Of a stretch of 64,000 bases of DNA, positions 59,329 through 64,000 are shown in pieces (positions within the stretch are counted from its first letter, which is position 1; every line of letters starts with the position of its first letter). The notes below the pieces were generated by a model. The model made no database searches. It was not told the origin of the DNA and saw nothing but the letters and a program-made list of their open reading frames with translations. Position numbers and translations under genes: made by a program. The stretch comes from Lingula anatina (lineage: Eukaryota > Animalia > Brachiopoda): positions 17,794,001 through 17,858,000 of the forward strand of contig CM120640.1 in assembly GCA_051362555.1 (NCBI GenBank), given 5' to 3'.

Positions 59329-60313
59329 TAAGACGTTCCCCGTGTGACGACATATGCACAAGGTTTTTTAATATTACATTTGTCATGTACAACTATCCGG
59401 ATTTTGATCTTTTGGAAATGTATCGCTTTACCCATAACAGTGACTGGCTGCTTCCAGATTCTAATGGCTAAATTAACGTCAGAACTCTGAATTTCAAGGT
59501 GTAAAAAGCAAATCGGTATAACATGGATATTGGGAATGGAGAATTAAAGAAACTGAATTGGGGAGGTGAGAGCGACTATACTGTAAAGTGCAACAGGGGC
59601 AAAAATGACCAGGCTTCTCAGATTTAAAAATAAATTTCTTTAAAAATAAATAAAAAAGTATATATATGTATAACTTCAACCTTAGGGTTGCAATATTTCA
59701 ATAAAGATTATTATTATTATTATTGAAACCCCTTGCTGGATTCTTGGACTTGTTATTATGTCCAAGCTGGATTTAAGTGAAGCAATGGTACCTTATTGCC
59801 AGACAGCATTTTTTTTTTTTTTTTTGGGGGGGGGGGGGGGGGGGCAGCAAAGATGTCACAACTAAGTCAATGCATCTGCCATACATTACACAAATTTGTC
59901 ATTTTTAAAACAGGCATTCTTCAATTTTCTGGGTACAATTATGATTATGTAGATTGTAGGAATCCATCTGTGTTAGTAGTAAAATGGACAAGGAAAATTA
60001 ATCCAAAATGTGCAGTCTAAACAGCACATCAATTTTTATGCACAAGGGGAAATCTATCAAATTGAAATCCAACCAATTTAAAAAGAGTGTACATCATCCT
60101 CTCATTTCACATTCAACAAAAGACTGGTCCCTTAAAACATAAAATAAGTTGAAATGAAGTATTTTTTATTCATGCAGGATAAAAATCCACATCAAACATG
60201 AATGCAATCTACACATTTTCACAACTCTGAATAGTGACTAGATAAAAAATTTTCATTCTTTTAGTCTCAAATGGAGTTGACAGTCAACATTTTCAATATT
60301 CAGTCTTAACCCA

Positions 60314-62439
<2,126 letters not shown>

Positions 62440-62508
62440 TTTTGGTCAACGGTTTTGATGGACTTATATCTAGTGAATTTAAATCAGATTCCCCCTTTTT
62501 ACCGCTTT

Positions 62509-62587
62509 AACTGATGAACATTCAAATGCAGCTTCCTTTTATACGTTGCTGTCATCCGTTGGATGTCAGCCGTTGTTGCTAAGTAAC
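62509..62587 (-). promoter_or_regulatory. Core promoter of beta-tubulin B: RFX X-box, TATA box and Inr
   Basis: GTTGCTAAGTAAC at 62575-62587 fits the X-box consensus GTNRCY-N-RGYAAC. TATAAAA on the minus strand at 62537-62543 and Inr TCAGTT at 62509-62514, about 30 nt downstream. Confidence 0.75.
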
Positions 62588-64000
62588 GAAATTTTGATTG
62601 AGTGATTTGGTAACGCCTATCTCCATATAGAGATATCTTTTTGACCTTTCAACCTTTTGCAGGGCCATATGACATCCCTTATTTAGAAATGGATGACCCA
62701 TTTATTTAAAACAGAACAGCGGTTTTTAGGGGGGTTTTAACCACTGCAATTTTTCACATAATATGAAAAAGAATATAAAAAATAATAAATTTACATAGTT
62801 AAGATATGAACATAATTAGGCCTATGGTCTATATGAATAAGACGAATCCTTGCTTTATACCTACTGTCTGAGAGTGAACGGGGAGCGGTTAATAAATAAC
62901 CGGCTAATACTGGCTAATACTGGTTTTCCCATTAATCCACTCTCCGCCTGTCACTAAAGTCATGCACAAAGGAATGTGTCACATCAGTGATGGTGATGGC
63001 AGCTGCACTGAATCAGCATAATATATAAAACATGCTTATTCAGTTTGACTTAGTGACTTTATAGGTGCTTACTAACGCAATGCGCTGATAAAAGCTATTT
63101 GCAAATGACCTTGCTGACACGATAAAAATGGTTCAAGTTGTTGCTTGCAGGGTGAACAAAATGCATGCACATGTCATTGGAGTTTGACTCAATTTAAAAT
63201 AACCTAAAAATAAATAATGAAAAACTATATTCTTTTCAATAATAATATATTCTCCTGACATCGGGAAAAGAACCACCCTTGACCAACAGAATATCAATAA
63301 AGCAAAAAATTTAGATAAAAACTCATGCTTTAAGGAAATATTATCCAAGTTTGATTGTTTCAAAAACCAGCGCTGCGCTTATACAAATATTTTTCCTAGA
63401 TTATGTGAATTTGTTCAAAATTATTAAATTTCAGTCTTGTCAATGTTATTTAACGTACGGTACATGTACAGTATATTTCAGATCGTCACTTTCATCATTT
63501 TGAGAGAAAAGTATTTTCTGCAAAGTCGTTTTATCATTTTGCATGTCGAGTTTATTGTTTTGAGATACTGACATGCTTTGCGCGAGATGACACAAAACCA
63601 GGGGTCGTCTCATAACGAACGGTGGGAAAAGGAACTAACGCATCCAGGGATCCGTGTATAGCGGGGCAAAATTAATGGGGGGGGGGGGGGGGGGGGGGGA
63701 GTGATTACTATTTCAAAATGATGACGATCTCAAAATGATGTTAGCACCTCTCAAAAAAAAAAAATCTGGTCAAAAGGATACTTTCATCTTTTTTGTACAA
63801 ACGGCGCTCCATATTAAGCCACTTAGGAGAAAAAAACTTTTGACTGAATCACATGATAAATTATTATCCAATGTAGTGAACAAAACTATCCTTTTGCAGG
63901 AAGTACCATAAATCAGTGAAGCCATTTTTATTAATAATGTAATTGTTATTTATTTGTGTATACACTTACAGAATTTTTCATAATGTTGCTTGATTTATAG

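Overview
AT-rich animal genomic DNA with spliceosomal introns. The repeat types suggest a lophotrochozoan, probably a mollusc (inference). I reconstructed five intact genes by hand: FRS2/3 adaptor (+, single coding exon), mammalian-type cryptochrome (-, 11 exons, 539 aa), CstF-77/CSTF3 (+, 20 exons, 710 aa, head-to-head with cry) and two tandem beta-tubulins (-, 447 and 444 aa). Non-autonomous DNA transposons are scattered throughout. Main observations: (1) a 3892-bp P-superfamily-like element with perfect 31-bp TIRs and a 7-bp TSD sits in intron 1 of the first beta-tubulin. It has promoter-like motifs at both ends and carries a spliced antisense cargo whose first exon begins MREI and has the same 19-codon, phase-0 layout as beta-tubulin exon 1. 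(2) Two candidate stop-containing cassette exons flank cry exon 10. (3) CstF-77 intron 3 has the architecture of the known intronic-polyadenylation feedback loop. (4) The tubulin pair shows patchy gene conversion and ciliary versus non-ciliary specialisation. No database searches or computations were run, so family names rest on recalled sequence similarity.
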